Shown: positions 1 through 9,732 of the stretch, piece after piece
Layout of the letters: every line of letters begins with the position of its first letter
Numbering within the stretch: the first letter of the stretch is position 1
Source of the DNA: Nitrospirota bacterium
Lineage (GTDB): Bacteria > Nitrospirota > UBA9217
Direction of reading: 5' to 3'
Length of the DNA: 64,000 nt
Assembly: GCA_963741205.1 (NCBI GenBank)
Contig: CAVUHW010000022.1
Span: forward strand, 1-64,000
The notes under the pieces: model-generated
What the model was told of the DNA's origin: nothing
Seen by the model: the letters and a program-made list of their open reading frames with translations, nothing else
The model's database searches: none
Made by a program: the position numbers and the translations under genes

Positions 1-961
1 TTTATCATCCCAATGTCCCTCATGCGCAGCGCGTAAAAACGGATCGTATCTTCAGGGTTGTACTCCCGCCACTTATCGTAAGGTATGTGCTTGAGTTCCG
101 GGAGCATGTTCATGTATTCGGTTTCCTTGATGACTTTCTTCTGGATGAGCGTACGCGTTGCCAGCTCCGGGGTCCGGGCGACGATATCATTCGCCTTGAG
201 GATGGCGCGAAGAGCGCGCTTGGTGGCAATAGGGTTTTTCTTTATGAAGTAGCTGTGCCCGGTCACCATGCAGCAGAAGTACTGGGACCATGGTTTGTCA
301 ACATTGGTGTCGATCAGGAGATGACCAATGCCCTCGTGCGATCAGCTCATGCGAACCGGGAGGAAAGGACATGAAGGCATCGATCTTGCCGTCGCGGAAC
401 AGACGAATTGCTTCATCTTTGTTTACCCATGACATAGTTGATGTCCGTGCGCGGATCAAGACCCACATAGGCCACGATCGCGGAGAAAAAGAGGTGCGGA
501 CCGTCGTTCTTGACAGCCCCCGCCCAGACGGTCTTCCCCTTGAGATCGCGGACCGAACGGGTCCGTTCGCTGCCGATCAGCGCATAGCATCCCACATGCA
601 GCCCGGACAGGATATTTGAGCGGATGTTGTTGATGTTCTAAATTGTACATTGACATCGCTGAAAAGCCCGCATTCAGGTCAATCGCGCCTTCCCTGCTCA
701 TTTTCGCAACTTCCGTCTGCGTGTCCAAATACATACTGCACATCGGTGAACCCTTCTTCGCGCAGCAGCGGCTCGGCCACGTACATGGGCGCCCAGCATG
801 CCGGCTTTCCCTTATGAATCCGCAGCCGTCGTCGTCTCGGGAGGCGGTTCCACGGCAGCGGTCCCGGGTCCGGGCCAGCCGAGAACGGCGGCAGTGCCCG
901 TGAGCGCGAGCCCTTCAAGAAATTCCCGCCGACTCCAGCCATCAGACTTGTGGTTTCTCAT
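1..961 (-). CDS. Tat-signal NMT1/SsuA/THI5-like substrate-binding protein, tandem copy A (3' end outside window; frameshifted)
   Basis: ATG at 961, N-terminus MRNHKSDGWSRREFLEGLAL (twin-Arg); pieces ACWAPMYVAE, SVRDLKGKTV, PWSQYFCCM across frames; aligns with the two copies to the right. Confidence 0.8.
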
Positions 962-1095
962 AGGACTCCTCCTTCTGGTCTAAATTAAATCAGAACTCGC
1001 TGCTGGGTACCAAGGGGATCCGATAGCCCTGACAAGTGCCATTGCTTTGCTAAAGTTTCAACAGATCGATCGGATCAGGATGATATCGCAGATCC

Positions 1096-2142
1096 CTACC
1101 ACGTTATGCCGAATTCCTTTTTCAGCTCATTCATAAAGCGCCAGTCGGTATGCTGGTCGATGAACTGCTGGGGGTTGGACTCTATCATCCCGATGTCTCT
1201 CATGCGCAGCGCGTAAAAACGGACCGTATCTTCAGGGTTGTACTCCCGCCACTTGCCGTACGGTATGTCCTTGAGCGCCCGGAGGACGGACTTGTATTCG
1301 GATTCATTCCTGACCTTCTTCTCGATAACAGTGCGCGTCGCGAGCTTCGGGTTCCGGGCGACGATATCATTCGCCTTGAGGATGGCGCGAAGAGCGCGTT
1401 TGGTGGCAATGGGGTTCTTCTTGATAAAGTAGCTCTGCCCGCTCACCATGCAGCAGAAGTACTGGGACCACGGCTTGTCGATATTGGTGTCGATCAGGAG
1501 ATGGCCGATGCCCTGCTCGATCAGCTCATGCGGCCAGGGCGGAAAGGAAATGAAAGCATCGATCTTCCCCTCGCGGAACAGGCGCATTGCTTCATCTTTG
1601 TTTACCCAGACATAATTGTACGTCCGTGCGCGGGTCAAGACCCACATAGGCCACGATCGTGGAGAAAAAAATGTGCGGGCCGCTCGTTCTTAAAGGCCCC
1701 TGCCCAGACGGTCTTCCCCTTGAGGTCACGAACCGAATGGATCCGTTCACTGCCGACGAGCGCATAGCACCCCACATGCAGGCCGGACAGGATTTTGAGC
1801 GGAGATTGTTGCTGTTCCAAATTGAACATTGACACGCGGAGAAGCTCGGGCTCAGGTCGATAGCGCCTTCCCTGGACATCTTCGCAACTTCCGTCCGCGT
1901 TGTCCGGACACATACTGCACATCAGTGAATCCTTCTTCGCGCAGCAGCGGTTCGGCCACATACATGGGCGCCCAGCATGCCGGGTCCGATCTGCGAATCC
2001 GCAGTCTCGTCGTCTCGGGAGGCGGCTCCACGGCAGCCGTCCCAGGTCCGGGACGCCAGCCGAGAACGGCGGCAGTGCCCGTGAGCGCGAGCCCTCCAAT
2101 AAATTCCCTCCGACTCCAACCATCAGGCTTGTGGTTTCGCAT
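1096..2142 (-). CDS. Tat-signal NMT1/SsuA/THI5-like substrate-binding protein, tandem copy B (frameshifted)
   Basis: ORFs 1852..2214, 1635..2165 and 1096..1647 join into one protein: SRREFIGGLAL...GKIDAFISFPP...TDWRFMNELKKEFGITW. Confidence 0.85.
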
Positions 2143-2286
2143 AGGGCTCCTCTTCTGGTTCTCAATCAAATCAGAAACTCGCTGCTGGGTACCAAGGGGA
2201 CATCCTATAGGCACCCTGACAAGTCAAGTTGCTTTCGCTAAAGCTTCAACAGGATGCGATCGGATCAGGGATGGTATCGCAGATCC

Positions 2287-3330
2287 CTACCACGTTATGC
2301 CGAATTCCTTTTTCAGCTCGTTCATGAAGCGCCAGTCGGTATGCTGGTCGATAAACTGCTGGGGGTTGGACTTTATCATCCCAATGTCCCTCATGCGCAG
2401 CGCGTAAAAACGGATTGTATCTTCAGGGTTGTAATCCCGCCACTTGTCGTACGGTATGTGCTTGAGTTCCGGGAGGGTATTCGTGTATTCGGATTCCTTG
2501 ATGACTTTGTTCGCGATAAGAGTCCGCGTCGCCGTCTCCGGGTCGCGGGCGACTATATCGTTCGCCTTGAGGATGGCGCGGACAGCCCTCTTGGTGGCAA
2601 CGGGGTTCTTCTTGATAAAGTCGCTCTGCCCGGTCACCATGCAACAGAAGTACTGGGACCACGGTTTGTCTACATTGGTATCGATGAGGAGGTGACCGAT
2701 ACCCTTATGCATCAGCTCATGCGAACCGGGCGGAAGGGCACATGAAGGCATCGATCTTGCCCTCCTGGAATAGACGAATTGCTTCATCTTTGTCTACCCA
2801 TGCATAGTTGATGTCCGTGCGCGGGTCAAGCCCCACATAGGACACGATCGTGGAGAAAAAGATGTGCGGACCGTTATTCTTGACGGCTCCCGCCCAGACG
2901 GTCTTTCCCTTGAGGTCACGGACCGACTGGATCCGTTCGCTGCCCACGAGAGCAAAGCACCCCACATGCAGTCCTGACAGGAATTTGAGCGGATGTTGTT
3001 GATGTTCTAAATTGAACATTAACCCCCCTGAGAAGCCCGGCACCCAGGTCAATCGCGCCTTCCCTGCTCATTTTCGCAACTTCCGTCCCGTACCCAAACA
3101 CATACTGCACATCGGTGAACCCTTCTTCGCGCAGCAACGGCTCGGCCACGTACATGGGCGCCCAGCATGCCGACGCGTTATTTATGAATCCGCAGCCTCG
3201 TCGTCTCGGGAGGCGGTTCCACGGCAGCGGTCCCGGGTCCGGGCCAGCCGAGAACGGCGGCAGTGCCCGTAAGCGCGAGCCCTCCAATAAATTCCCGTCG
3301 ACTCCAGCCATCAGACTTGCGGTTTCGCAT
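2287..3330 (-). CDS. Tat-signal NMT1/SsuA/THI5-like substrate-binding protein, tandem copy C (frameshifted)
   Basis: ATG at 3330 after GGAGGAG; ORFs 2916..3392, 2717..3052, 2287..2787 join; same C-terminus as copy B. Confidence 0.85.
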
Positions 3331-3413
3331 AGGACTCCTCCTTCCGGCGTATACAGGAGAATAACAAAAAAACGGGGGACGCTGAACCGCACAAATTTTT
3401 TAACTTATTAAAC

Positions 3414-3563
3414 GTCTCATAATAGTACGGACAAAATATCATTGTCCACGGTTCTACCTCCAAGATCGTCATTCCGGGCTTGACCCGGAATCCAGCGACT
3501 TTTAGACCCTGGATTCCTGCTTTCGCAGGAATGACGTACGGGGGGTACAGATTATTATGAGAC
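3414..3563. repeat. REP/MITE-like palindromic element with 11-bp terminal inverted repeats
   Basis: GTCTCATAATA (3414) ... TATTATGAGAC (3563) enclosing GTCATTCCGGGCTTGACCCGGAATCCA...TGGATTCCTGCTTTCGCAGGAATGAC. Confidence 0.7.
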
Positions 3564-3600
3564 TATCAATAAATCAGAAACTCGCTGCTGAATCCGAAAT

Positions 3601-3640
3601 AAAAAAGGCTGTAAACCAGACGCAACTTGGTCTGCAGCCT
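3601..3640 (-). terminator. Intrinsic terminator-like hairpin in the leader of the binding-protein array
   Basis: Minus strand AGGCTGCAGACCA-loop-TGGTTTACAGCCT followed by a T run. Confidence 0.65.
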
Positions 3641-3812
3641 CTCAGTGAAACTATAAAAAAGCTCTGCAATGCATTCAGCCCTCCTTATAAAAAAGGGCAA
3701 AACATTAAGTCACTGCATGAAGCCTACTAAAGTACCTACATCCGAATTTTACGCTTATTTGCCACAACATCGCACAGTGTGGCGATTAAGTCAAGATGGA
3801 TGACTGGGTATT

Positions 3813-3926
3813 TTAGGGTATGCAGATCGTTCCATAACCGAGGCAGGCCACGATCGAGAGCATCGCGGTCGCGACGATCACCCAGGAGTAGTGAAAGGGA
3901 AGGCGTGACGCTTTCGGTTCAGCCAT
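3813..3926 (-). pseudogene. Truncated N-terminal remnant of an MFS transporter
   Basis: Manual translation MAEPKASRLPFHYSWVIVATAMLSIVACLGYGTICIP*; HYxWVIV...ACLGxG resembles the first helix of YbfB/YjiJ-like MFS proteins. Confidence 0.55.
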
Positions 3927-4027
3927 GGCAGGAACTATAGCATTTCTTTAAAAAATGGCAAAGAAATTTCTCGAGTTTTTCCGCAGGAAAACGCAACGGG
4001 ATCGCTGATTTCAGCGCAGGGGCGGGG

Positions 4028-4432
4028 TTATTCGTCCGTTTTCGTCCCGGCTTTTTCACCGGGGGCAACAGATGTCAAGCCAACCGGCACGTTATTGGCG
4101 GCAACGAAAACCACAAAAGATATGAAAAGAGCAATGAAGGCTACGGTGAATGCAAGCGAGGTTCCGTGCCATAGCCCGGCTAACCAACGCATGAACTCAT
4201 CAGCAAGCACGGCCGCATTTCCACCATAGAGCTGCAGATCATGCACATACTTCTTGGAATTTTCAGAACTCGGATAAATAAATCCGCCGATGACTTCATA
4301 ACCCGCATCGCTGTTCGAATCATTCATCGCTGCCCGATAAATCATGACGGCGCTGGCGGCACCAACCAGCAGGATAAGGGCGCTCAGGATGTATAAGCTT
4401 GCTCGCAGATTTATGTTCTTCCATTTCATCAT
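4028..4432 (-). CDS. Hypothetical membrane protein (2 TM segments)
   Basis: 134-aa ORF with two hydrophobic stretches, GAGG upstream. Confidence 0.6.
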   Translation of the reverse strand: MMKWKNINLRASLYILSALILLVGAASAVMIYRAAMNDSNSDAGYEVIGGFIYPSSENSKKYVHDLQLYGGNAAVLADEFMRWLAGLWHGTSLAFTVAFIALFISFVVFVAANNVPVGLTSVAPGEKAGTKTDE

Positions 4433-4507
4433 GTGCCTCTTTTTTTGCCGTTATCGCCGTAGAAACCCCGGACTCCCGCGATGGCGTCAGCAGTTCTTAA
4501 GCCGGCT

Positions 4508-4915
4508 CTACTTGAGAATTTCCTCAAGTTTCTCCTTCTTCCGGTACACCGTTCCCTGGAACAGGGCAATCGCATTCCCCGCCTCGTCCGTTACAGAAAT
4601 CAGATAGGTGGCGAGTTTCGGGTTGATTGATATTTCTTCCGCCTCGGCGAAAAGGACGCCGCCTTTCGCAGCCTTGAAGAAGGAGATGCTCACGTTGATC
4701 GCCATGGCAAGGGACCCGTGGCTATTTGACGCCACGGAGAAGACCGCGTCGGCAAGAGAGAAGATGGCCCCGCCGTGGACGGTGCCGGCGCTGTTCAGGT
4801 GATGTTTGTTGATCTCCATCCGGGCCTTTGCCTTTCCCGCTGAATAGTCGAGCATTTCGACGCCGAGATGCTTCGCGAAATGGTCCTTTTCGACGAACTT
4901 TTTTATGATATCCAC
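4508..4915 (-). CDS. paaI: PaaI-family hotdog-fold thioesterase
   Basis: HLNSAGTVHGGAIFSLAD motif; divergent from paaK. Confidence 0.85.
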   Translation of the reverse strand: MDIIKKFVEKDHFAKHLGVEMLDYSAGKAKARMEINKHHLNSAGTVHGGAIFSLADAVFSVASNSHGSLAMAINVSISFFKAAKGGVLFAEAEEISINPKLATYLISVTDEAGNAIALFQGTVYRKKEKLEEILK

Positions 4916-5055
4916 GGGATGGTCCTTTCCGGGCAGAATACGGAGACCCTGCATTATACAAAATCCCTCTCCCAAGCTCAACAGATAATATCTGATTTCC
5001 TTCCAAAATTGAAATAATTGCAGAAAATTTTATCGTGCACGCTCTACTCTTGGCC

Positions 5056-5128
5056 GTCATTCCCGAGTGCTTCAATCGGGAATCCATTTTCTCAACCTGG
5101 GTCCCCGATAAAATCATTCGGGGATGAC
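5056..5128. repeat. REP-like GTCAT...ATGAC double hairpin
   Basis: GTCATTCCCGAG..TCGGGAATCCA ... TCCCCGA..TCGGGGATGAC. Confidence 0.6.
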
Positions 5129-5169
5129 ATCTTTTCAGTTGCCGATGAGAACCGCGCTATGAATTTTTA

Positions 5170-5239
5170 TTTACAAATCCGCGCATTCTGGTTTATAATA
5201 GGCGCCGTTTCAATGTAAATCCGCTTGTAAGTGCGGATT
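5170..5239 (+). promoter_or_regulatory. Sigma70-type promoter and downstream inverted repeat for the paaK-ior operon
   Basis: TTTACA-N18-TATAAT (5170-5199); AATCCGC-N8-GCGGATT (5218-5239). Confidence 0.5.
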
Positions 5240-5268
5240 CATAATCATAAACGTGTGAGGAGCCGCCC

Positions 5269-6613
5269 ATGCCCTGGAATCCCGAAGAATCACTTTCACG
5301 GCAAGAACTGACGAAGCTTCAGAACGAGCGTCTGCAAAAGGTCTGCGAGCGGGTCTATGCCCGCGTTCCTTTCTATAAAAAGAAGTTCGACGAGAAGGGC
5401 CTCAAGCCCTCGGACATCAAGGGCGTCGAGGACATCGCGAAACTTCCCTTTACGAAGAAAGTCCGATCTCCGCGATAACTACCCCTACGGCTTTTTTGCC
5501 GAACCGCTCGAAAACATCGTGCGCATTCATGCCTCGTCGGGAACGACGGGAAAACCCACGGTGGTAGCCTACAACCGGAACGACATCAACCTCTGGGCCG
5601 ATGTCATGGCGCGCACCTTCACCTGCGCAGGAGTGACGAACAAGGACGTGGTCCAGAACGCCTACGGCTATGGCCTCTTCACCGGCGGACTCGGCGCCCA
5701 TTACGGGGCCGAGCGCGTGGGCGCTTCGGTCATCCCCATCTCCGGAGGCAATACCCAGAAGCAGATCATGCTCCTGCAGGACTTCGGCAGCACCGCGATT
5801 TGCTCCACGCCTTCCTTCGCGCTCTACATCTACGATGTTGCCTGCGAGATGAAGATCAACTTCGATACGATCAAGCTGAGGGTCGGGCTCTTCGGCGCGG
5901 AGCCCTGGACCGAGGAGATGCGGCGAGAGATCGAGGAGCGGCTCCGGATAAAGGCAATCGACATTTACGGCCTTTCGGAGGTCATCGGCCCCGGCGTTTC
6001 GTCGGAGTGCATCGAGGCCCAGAGCGGCTTGCACCTGAACGAGGACCACTTCTACCCCGAGATCATCAACCCCGAGACGGGGGAACAGCTCCCGTTCGGC
6101 GGGGAAGGCGAGCTGGTGATCACGAGCATGTCCCGCGAGGCCATGCCGCTCATCCGCTACCGCACCGGCGATATCACGAGCCTGAACCCCGAGCAGTGCT
6201 CCTGCGGCAGGACCCTGGTGCGCATGAAGCGCGTGCGCGGCCGGGCCGATGATATGCTCATCATCCGGGGCGTGAATGTGTTTCCGTCGCAGGTAGAGTC
6301 GGTGCTGCTCCGCTCCGAGGAGGTCGCGCCGCACTACGTCATCGAGGTGAACCGCAAGGGCAGGCTCGACGAGATGAACGTGCTCGTCGAAGTGACGCCG
6401 AAGTTCATGGAGGCGATGGCCTCGAAGGTGCTTTCTACTGACCTCAAGGCCTTTGTGCAGGAAGAGGAGGAGCTCATCCACTTAAAGCGCGAGATCCAGA
6501 AGAACATCAAGGACATCATCGGCGTGAATACGGAAGTGACGCTCCGTCCGCCCAACACCGTCCAGCGGAGCGAAGGCAAGGCCAAGCGGGTGCACGACAA
6601 CCGGCCGAAGTAA
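5269..6613 (+). CDS. paaK: Phenylacetate-CoA ligase (one frameshift near 5460)
   Basis: [47 protein letters not shown] motifs. Confidence 0.92.
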
Positions 6614-6630
6614 CAAAGAAAAGACTTTTA

Positions 6631-6736
6631 TCTCGCAAAGACGCAAAGGTCGCAAAGGAAATCCACATCTTAATCCCTGGGTTTAAAACAGAAGACTCTC
6701 CCTGCTTTTCTTGGCGTACTTTGCGTCTTTGCGAGA
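6631..6736. repeat. CGCAAAG-family palindromic intergenic repeat
   Basis: TCTCGCAAAGACGCAAAG ... CTTTGCGTCTTTGCGAGA; relatives at 11550, 16793, 17864, 59124. Confidence 0.75.
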
Positions 6737-6757
6737 GATTGACTTTGAGGTGTTTTT

Positions 6758-8503
6758 TTGACTAAAGCTATTCTTTCCGGCAACGAAGCCATCGCCCGCG
6801 GGTTCATCGAAGCGGGCGGCAAGCTCGCGGCGGCCTATCCCGGCACGCCGAGCACCGAGGTGCTCGAGACGCTCTCATGCGAAAAGGACATCCACGCCGA
6901 GTGGTCGGTCAATGAGAAGGTCGCCCTCGAGGTGGCGATCGGCGGCGCCCTTTCGGGCGTGCGCTCGCTCGCGTGCATGAAGCACGTGGGCGTGAACGTG
7001 GCCGCAGACCCGCTCATGACGGTCGCGTACACCGGCATCAACGCGGGCCTCGTGCTCTTCGCCGCCGACGATCCGGGCATGTTTTCCTCCCAGAACGAGC
7101 AGGACACGCGCCACTTTGCCAGGATGGGGAAGATCCCCTGTCTCGAACCGTCCGATTCCGCCGAGGCAAAAGAGTTCATCAAAGCGGCCTTCGGGCTCTC
7201 CGAGTCTTTCGACACCCCCGTCATCCTTCGCACCACGACAAGGATTTCGCATTGCAAGAGCGTGGTGGAAATCGGGTTGGCCGATGCCCCGGCAGGCCGA
7301 GGGCTTGCGCGGGACTTCGGCAAATATGTGATGCTTCCGAGCAACGCCAAAAAACGACACCTCTTCGTCGAAGACCGGCTTCTCCGGCTGAAAGAGTGGG
7401 CTGAGACAACGCCGATGAATCAGATCAGCGACGGCGACAAGTCGCTCGGCTTCGTTACCTCCGGAATCTCCTATCAATATGTCCGGGAGGCCTTTCCGAA
7501 GGCATCAGTGCTCAAGCTCGGCGTGACTTTTCCGCTGCCCGAGAAGCTCATCAGAAAGTTCGCCGCATCGGTCGGCAAACTGGCCGTTGTTGAAGAACTC
7601 GATCCCTTCCTTGAAGAACAGATCAAGGCGATGGGCATCACGGTCCACCTCGGCAAAAACGTGATGCCGCTGTGCGGCGAGTTCAGTCAGCGTATGGTGG
7701 GCGAGAAGATCTCCGGCAGCGCCGTCCCGGTGAAAGAGCCTGTTGCAGGCCTCATCATGCGGCCGCCCACGTTCTGCCCGGGCTGCTCGCACCGCGGCCT
7801 CTATACCGTCCTCGCGAAGCTCAAGCTCTACGTCTCCGGCGACATCGGCTGCTATACGCTCGGGGCGCTCCCGCCTTTTTCCGCCATGCACACCTGCATC
7901 TGCATGGGCGCGAGTATCTCGGCGGCGCACGGCATGGCCAAGGGACTTTCCCTGCAAGGCACGCAGCAGAAACCCGTGGCGGTGATCGGGGATTCGACGT
8001 TTCTCCACTCGGGCATCACCGGCCTCGTAAACATGGTCTATAACGGCGGCGACGCCATCGTGATCATCATGAACAACGACACCACGGGAATGACCGGGGG
8101 CCAGGAGCATGCAGGCACGGGCCGGTCCGCGAAGGGGACGGAGGCGCCGCGGCTCGACATCGCCAAGCTCTGCCAGGCCATCGGCGCAAAGCGCGTGCGG
8201 GAGATCGATGCGTACAAGATCAAGGACCTTGAGAAGATCATGAAGGAGGAGCTCGCGGCCCCCGGGCCGTCGGTCCTGATCTCGAACCAGCCCTGCGTGC
8301 TCCGGTACCGCGTTTCTAAAAAACCCCTGTCAATCGATAGAGATACCTGCAAGGGCTGCAAGCTCTGCCTCAAGGCGGGCTGCATTGCCCTTTCCTACAC
8401 GCCGGAGGGGAAGACGGGGTTCGTCGAGATCGATCCGCTTTTGTGCAACGGCTGCGGCGTCTGCGACCAGCTCTGCACCACGGGGTGCATGAAGACGACG
8501 TAA
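6758..8503 (+). CDS. iorA: Indolepyruvate:ferredoxin oxidoreductase alpha subunit
   Basis: GNEAIARG, YPGTPSTE, NEKVALE, RPPTFCPGCSHR, GDIGCY, GDSTF and a C-terminal 2x[4Fe-4S] Cys motif. Confidence 0.93.
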   Translation: MTKAILSGNEAIARGFIEAGGKLAAAYPGTPSTEVLETLSCEKDIHAEWSVNEKVALEVAIGGALSGVRSLACMKHVGVNVAADPLMTVAYTGINAGLVLFAADDPGMFSSQNEQDTRHFARMGKIPCLEPSDSAEAKEFIKAAFGLSESFDTPVILRTTTRISHCKSVVEIGLADAPAGRGLARDFGKYVMLPSNAKKRHLFVEDRLLRLKEWAETTPMNQISDGDKSLGFVTSGISYQYVREAFPKASVLKLGVTFPLPEKLIRKFAASVGKLAVVEELDPFLEEQIKAMGITVHLGKNVMPLCGEFSQRMVGEKISGSAVPVKEPVAGLIMRPPTFCPGCSHRGLYTVLAKLKLYVSGDIGCYTLGALPPFSAMHTCICMGASISAAHGMAKGLSLQGTQQKPVAVIGDSTFLHSGITGLVNMVYNGGDAIVIIMNNDTTGMTGGQEHAGTGRSAKGTEAPRLDIAKLCQAIGAKRVREIDAYKIKDLEKIMKEELAAPGPSVLISNQPCVLRYRVSKKPLSIDRDTCKGCKLCLKAGCIALSYTPEGKTGFVEIDPLLCNGCGVCDQLCTTGCMKTT

Positions 8504-8653
8504 ATGCAAATGCGGAATGCGGAATGTAGTAAGCGGCATGTGCGGAATTAAAAAGCGCGTCATTCTCGCGAAAGCGCGGAATCCAGTGTCTTGAATCTAC
8601 TTGCTGCATCTGCGAAAATCTGCGTACTATCAAAATTTTCGAGAGGTTTAATC

Positions 8654-9233
8654 GTGAACGTTTTTAATATTCTGATCAGCGGCGTGGGCGGGCAGGGGGT
8701 GCTGCTGACGAGCAAGGTCATCGCCGAGGCCGCGGTGCTATCCGGTCTCGACGTAAAGCAGAGCGAGGTGCACGGCATGGCCCAGCGCGGCGGGAGCGTG
8801 CTTTCGCAGGTGCGCTTCGGAGAAAAAGTGTTTTCGCCGATCGTCTCCGAAGGCGAGGCCGACCTTCTGATCGGGTTCGAGCCGCTCGAAACCGCCCGTT
8901 ACATGCATTTTTTAAAGGATGATGGTGCGGTTATCTACAACACCCGCCCCATCGGCACGATCGGCGTATCCATTGCCGCGGAAAAGTATCCCGCTGACGT
9001 GAACGATATGATCAAGGGCCGGGCCAAAACAGTCATGCCCTTCGACGGCACGAAGCTCGCCGTCTCCGCCGGCGACAAACGCACACTGAACCTCGTGCTC
9101 CTGGGCGCGGCGCTCAAATTTCTCCCGCTCAAGGAATCAGGTCATCCTCGACGCTATCGTCAACACCGTCCCCAAGAAAGTCCTCGCGATCAACCAGAAG
9201 GCCTTTGCAGCAGGCAGGGCGCAGGGGAAGTAG
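8654..9233 (+). CDS. iorB: Indolepyruvate:ferredoxin oxidoreductase beta subunit (frameshift near 9140)
   Basis: GVGGQG, SEVHGMAQRGGSV; C-terminus in another frame ends at TAG 9233. Confidence 0.9.
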
Positions 9234-9235
9234 GA

Positions 9236-9619
9236 ATGTCCGAGAAGAGCATTGTCCAGAAAATGATGGTCAAGGCGGGGCACAAGATTTTATTCCTGAA
9301 CGCCCCGAAGGGATTTGTAAAAGCGATCGGTGAATTGCCGGCCGGGGCAAAAGCCATTTCAACTCCAGTCGAAGCGGCTGATGCCGCCCTTGTCTTCGTA
9401 TCATCAAGGAAAGAGCTCGAGAGTCAACTCGGCGATTTAAAAAAGAAGGTAAAGCCGTCTGTGATTTTGTGGGTCGCCTACCCGAAGGGAACATCGGGGG
9501 TCAAAACTGACATAAACCGGGACACCATTGCCGCATACGCATCAGGTATCGGATTTCAGCCCGTCGCCATGTTTGCAATCGACGAAACATGGGCCGCCCT
9601 TCGCCTTAAAATCAAATAG
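9236..9619 (+). CDS. Conserved hypothetical protein (DUF3052-like)
   Basis: LWVAYPKGTSGVKTDINRD...IDETWAALR motif; own ATG at 9236. Confidence 0.7.
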   Translation: MSEKSIVQKMMVKAGHKILFLNAPKGFVKAIGELPAGAKAISTPVEAADAALVFVSSRKELESQLGDLKKKVKPSVILWVAYPKGTSGVKTDINRDTIAAYASGIGFQPVAMFAIDETWAALRLKIK

Positions 9620-9732
9620 ACGCGCTCTCTGACCGTCCACCCCACATTGAATCCCCTTGCCATTTCCCCATCGTTATTGTATCCTTTCTTTGCACAAACC
9701 AGGTCCATAGGTAATGGAGAAAAGCAACTCCT

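Noticed and set aside
1-3330. Array as a diversity-generating retroelement or CRISPR-like locus
   Set aside because: No reverse transcriptase or cas genes, differences are not restricted to adenines, and the units are whole genes
8591-9619. Apparent IorB-DUF3052 fusion in the ORF track
   Set aside because: A single indel near 9140 explains it; IorB has a normal end at 9233 and the next gene has its own ATG at 9236
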